Shown: positions 60,644 to 64,000 of the stretch, in pieces
How positions within the stretch are numbered: the first letter of the stretch is position 1
Layout of the letters: every line of letters begins with the position of its first letter
Origin: Nitrosopumilus sp.
GTDB taxonomy: Archaea; Thermoproteota; Nitrososphaeria; Nitrososphaerales; Nitrosopumilaceae
Length of the DNA stretch: 64,000 nucleotides
Assembly: GCA_965205675.1 (NCBI GenBank)
Contig: OZ242186.1
Location: 1,856,001-1,920,000, forward strand
Direction of reading: 5' to 3'
Notes under the pieces: generated by a model
The model's database searches: none
Told to the model about the DNA's origin: nothing
What the model saw: only the letters and a program-made list of their open reading frames with translations
Made by a program: the position numbers and the translations under genes

Positions 60644-61723
60644 CTAAACGCCCTCTGGCTTCATTAAGATTTTTCCAAACATTCCTTTTCCGGTTAACAT
60701 CTTTGTATGAGCCTCAGCTGCTTGCTCAAAGGTATAAGTTGAGTCAATTGCTGCTTTAATTTTCCCTTGACCCATCCAGTAAAGAGCTTGATCAAGTTCA
60801 GCTTTAGTTCCTTGAGTTGAACCTAAGATGTTAGTTCCTTTAAAGAATACATGTCTAAGATCAGTCTTTGCATTATATCCAGTGGTTGCACCACATGAAA
60901 CTAGTGTTGCACCATACTTTAACAACTGTAATTGTTGATTCCAGTGAGTTTCACCAATATGATCAAATGATAAATCAATTCCTGGTGCTTCACCTTTTCT
61001 CTTTGCAATTTCTTTTGAAATCTTAAAGACTTCTTTACTCCAATCGTCTTTTCTGTGATCTACTGCAAAGTCTGCTCCAAGTTCCAAACATTTGTCTAGT
61101 TTGTCTGGGCTTGCAGTTGCAATAACATCACAGTTGTATAATTTTGCGATTTGAATTCCAAAGCTTCCAACTCCAGAACCTCCACCCATAATTAGAACAG
61201 TTTGTCCGGGTGTAATCTTGGCCCTACCTACTAACATATGCCATGAAGTAAGAATAGTCATTGATGCTGCTGCCGCATCATCATACGATACATCTTCAGG
61301 AATTTTTGAGATATTAACTTCAGGAAGGTGAGTTATTTCTTGGAATGCTCCCCAAGTTGGACCAGTTTGGAATCCCCAAATGGTTCTCTTGATACAATCA
61401 AATTCTCTACCATCAGTACACGCTTTACAAACTCTACATGACATATTAGAGTGAGAGACTACTCTATCTCCAACTTTGATATTTTTAACATCATCACCAA
61501 CTGCGATAACATCACCAGCAGCATCAGAACCTGATACGTGTGGTAATGGAACTGCGACTGGAACACCACGCATTCCCCAAATATCATTATAGTTAAGGGC
61601 TGCAGCCTTTACTGAAAAGACTACCTCATCTGGTTTTGGTTTTGGGTCATCTATATCCTGGACTTTGAGGATTTTAGCATAATTATCATCTGGTGCATAT
61701 TCATTGTATACTACGGCTTTCAT
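60644..61723 (-). CDS. Zn-binding medium-chain dehydrogenase/reductase, paralog 2
   Basis: Highly similar to 16757-17842 along its whole length. Confidence 0.9.
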   Translation of the reverse strand: MKAVVYNEYAPDDNYAKILKVQDIDDPKPKPDEVVFSVKAAALNYNDIWGMRGVPVAVPLPHVSGSDAAGDVIAVGDDVKNIKVGDRVVSHSNMSCRVCKACTDGREFDCIKRTIWGFQTGPTWGAFQEITHLPEVNISKIPEDVSYDDAAAASMTILTSWHMLVGRAKITPGQTVLIMGGGSGVGSFGIQIAKLYNCDVIATASPDKLDKCLELGADFAVDHRKDDWSKEVFKISKEIAKRKGEAPGIDLSFDHIGETHWNQQLQLLKYGATLVSCGATTGYNAKTDLRHVFFKGTNILGSTQGTKAELDQALYWMGQGKIKAAIDSTYTFEQAAEAHTKMLTGKGMFGKILMKPEGV

Positions 61724-61764
61724 AATTTATTAGGAATTTTTCCCATAATTATATTTTATCTGAA

Positions 61765-62046
61765 TCAGACTCGATTTATCTTAAAATCACGTTTGGGTTG
61801 CTGTGCAGAGAGTAAAATTTGTTTTAATTGATCGTCATTAATTTGACCAGGGATTTTACCCTGTGTGGCCATGCCGATCAAATATCGTTCAACCATATCA
61901 GAGAGTTCAGGTTTCACCATTTTGATATTATTTAGTCTCATTCTAGCTTCAGAGGTTAAAATTTGTTTGAGTATCTGTTCTTTTTGTGCAGTTAGTTCAT
62001 GATTAGTATTATCAGCAGATGGTTCATTAGATTCTGGAAAACTCAT
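61765..62046 (-). CDS. PDCD5-like DNA-binding protein
   Basis: ILTSEARMRLNNIKMVKPE; adjacent to rps19e. Confidence 0.92.
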   Translation of the reverse strand: MSFPESNEPSADNTNHELTAQKEQILKQILTSEARMRLNNIKMVKPELSDMVERYLIGMATQGKIPGQINDDQLKQILLSAQQPKRDFKINRV

Positions 62047-62053
62047 TTTGAAT

Positions 62054-62506
62054 CTAAGAATATACTTTCAATTGAGGATTTTCAACAATTAGTTCTTTAA
62101 GAATTTCTGTAGATAATCTATCTAATTTTTGCATCCCCTGTTTAGAAATTATACGTCCTTTCTTCTCAACTTTTTCTACATAACCAAGTTTTTCTAATCC
62201 GCGAATTGCATTACGGATAATTGCACCACCAGCATCTTTATGATGTGCAGCTCCATATCCAGACGGTTTACCACCACCATAATCATTTCTTAAAGCATTA
62301 ATTCCAATTGGACCATTAAGGTAAATTTTTCTCATAATTGAAGCACATCTTGTATACCACCATTCTCTATCTTGAGGAGGTTTATCTGCATGAGCACCAG
62401 TTTTTACAAATGGAATCCATGAAGGTGCAGGAATATCTTCACTTTTTAGTGATGAAGATAGTCTTTCTATCAAAAGAATCGCAGGTACATCATAGACTTT
62501 TGCCAT
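62054..62506 (-). CDS. rps19e: 30S ribosomal protein S19e
   Basis: VYDVP, FVKTG, WWYTRCASIMRKIY, YGG. Confidence 0.96.
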   Translation of the reverse strand: MAKVYDVPAILLIERLSSSLKSEDIPAPSWIPFVKTGAHADKPPQDREWWYTRCASIMRKIYLNGPIGINALRNDYGGGKPSGYGAAHHKDAGGAIIRNAIRGLEKLGYVEKVEKKGRIISKQGMQKLDRLSTEILKELIVENPQLKVYS

Positions 62507-62889
62507 AAAGTCAAAAACTTGATAATCGTCTTATAAATCATTGAGATATTATGTCTGATTTAGCTTAGCATAATTCAACATGAAATTATGAATTAAGATG
62601 AAATTATTCCCAAAAATTCATGGCTGTAAAATCAAAATAATCATCTGTCTTTCAATTACTCACATTCTTGTTCAGTTTTGCGATCCTTGAGTTTACTGAC
62701 ATAATTTTTTAATTAATTATTGAAATCAGTATATGTCAGATTAGTTCACGTTTTGGTAAAACATAGTCATATTTTTTGAGATTTTCTCTTACTGATTTCA
62801 TATTTTTCAGGGATTACAAAACTTGAATAATGTAAAAACACGATTATGAATACTGAAAGTTAAGAATGAAGAAGTGGACGTATCATTAA

Positions 62890-64000
62890 TCAATTAGATT
62901 TTTTGTTACAGAGTACCAAATCAGGAAGAGCAGTAAGCCAAGTTTGTCGAGTTTTATCAACATCAAGTTCTACAAGAGATTTTGAATTAAAAATAAATTG
63001 GATTTTTTTATCGCAAAACTGTCCAATTTCTTTGAATGAAACATTATTCTTTTTGAGAATTTCTTTTATCTTTGAGAGATTGCCCTTATCAAAGGCAAGT
63101 AAATAACGAGAATGACTTTCAGAAAATAAAACTCTGTCAACATCAAGTTTGTCACCAGGAATTTCATCTAAATATACGTTACAACCAATTTGATTAATTA
63201 TGCAAAGTTCGGAAATTGCAATTGCCAAACCGCCTTTAGAGCAATCATGTACGGATTTAACAAGATGGTTATCAATTATATCTAAAACAGAAGTCATGTT
63301 TTTCTTTGAATCATTAAAATTAACTGCAGGGCATTTACCTCCAATGAATTTGTGAATATACTCAAAGTATTCAGAACCACCCATTTCATTTTTAGTATCA
63401 CCAATAATGATTAAACAATCACCTTGAGAGATTTTTTGTGGAACAGATGGTTTTTGATCAGCTAATCCAATAACTCCAATCACAGGAGTAGGTTTGATTG
63501 GACCTGTAGAAGTCTCATTGTATAAACTGACTTTTCCACCAACACATGAAATTTCAAAATATTTGGCAAAATCGGTCAAGCCTTTCAAAGACTCTAAAAA
63601 TGTCCAAAAGATTTCAGGATCTTTAGGATTTCCAAATTGAAGATGATCAAGCATCCCAATCGGTTTTGCTCCAGTACAAACAACGTTTCTACATGCTTCC
63701 TCAAAGCAGCCAATTGCACCTTCCCTAGGATTAATGTAGCAGTGTTTTGGATTTCCATCAATTTTAGCAGAAAGATATTTTCCATTATCTAATCGTAAAA
63801 CAGATGCGTCAGATCCTGGTTTTACTACAGTTCTAATTCCAACCTCATAGTCATATTGACCATAAACCCAAATCTTACTTGCAATGTTTGGGGATACAAG
63901 CAACCTTATCAGAACGTCAGAATGATTATTGACAGGATCAAACTCTTTTTCAGTTTCAATAGTTTGCAGATATGCTGGCTCTTTTGAAGGCAAGTCAAGT
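62890..64000 (-). CDS. purL: Phosphoribosylformylglycinamidine synthase PurL (3' part)
   Basis: ASK.WVYGQYD..V, FGNP, GGKVSLYNE, HDCSKGGL, LFSES. Confidence 0.95.
   Translation of the reverse strand, partial: LDLPSKEPAYLQTIETEKEFDPVNNHSDVLIRLLVSPNIASKIWVYGQYDYEVGIRTVVKPGSDASVLRLDNGKYLSAKIDGNPKHCYINPREGAIGCFEEACRNVVCTGAKPIGMLDHLQFGNPKDPEIFWTFLESLKGLTDFAKYFEISCVGGKVSLYNETSTGPIKPTPVIGVIGLADQKPSVPQKISQGDCLIIIGDTKNEMGGSEYFEYIHKFIGGKCPAVNFNDSKKNMTSVLDIIDNHLVKSVHDCSKGGLAIAISELCIINQIGCNVYLDEIPGDKLDVDRVLFSESHSRYLLAFDKGNLSKIKEILKKNNVSFKEIGQFCDKKIQFIFNSKSLVELDVDKTRQTWLTALPDLVLCNKKSN

Noticed and set aside
62520-62880. Possible riboswitch or small gene between rps19e and purL
   Set aside because: AT-rich, no convincing stems or intact ORF; probably a decayed gene.
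4754-63785. Numerous short antisense or overlapping ORFs in the six-frame track
   Set aside because: They shadow well-supported genes on the opposite strand or in another frame and lack motifs.

Overview
AT-rich chromosomal segment of an ammonia-oxidising archaeon, inferred to be Nitrosopumilus-like (Nitrososphaerota) from gene content. Most of the window is core genes: his operon, class II HMG-CoA reductase, tRNA-iMet, tiaS, dph2, csl4, pheA, guaAB, folate, cobalamin and riboflavin genes, thermosome, ribosomal proteins, tfe, hflX and purL. Two accessory zones and several decayed genes interrupt this. Zone 1 (884-3233) is a composite transposon. It is made of a degenerate IS66 (884-2279) and an 80-bp MITE (3154-3233), with an 8-bp target duplication (AGGTTTTT) only at the outer ends. 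Its cargo is an almost perfect tRNA with a serine-type body (long variable arm, G73) but a GAA (Phe) anticodon, a putative structured RNA element and a 65-aa orphan ORF. This is the most unusual observation in the window. Zone 2 (about 38.5-43.3 kb) holds a second MITE copy in a small Zn-finger pseudogene, an IS5 remnant, a foreign-looking convergent gene pair (GGCT-like enzyme and a predicted tandem double-psi-barrel membrane protein), and an IS630 nested inside another DDE insertion sequence. All calls come from motif recognition by eye; no database searches were run.
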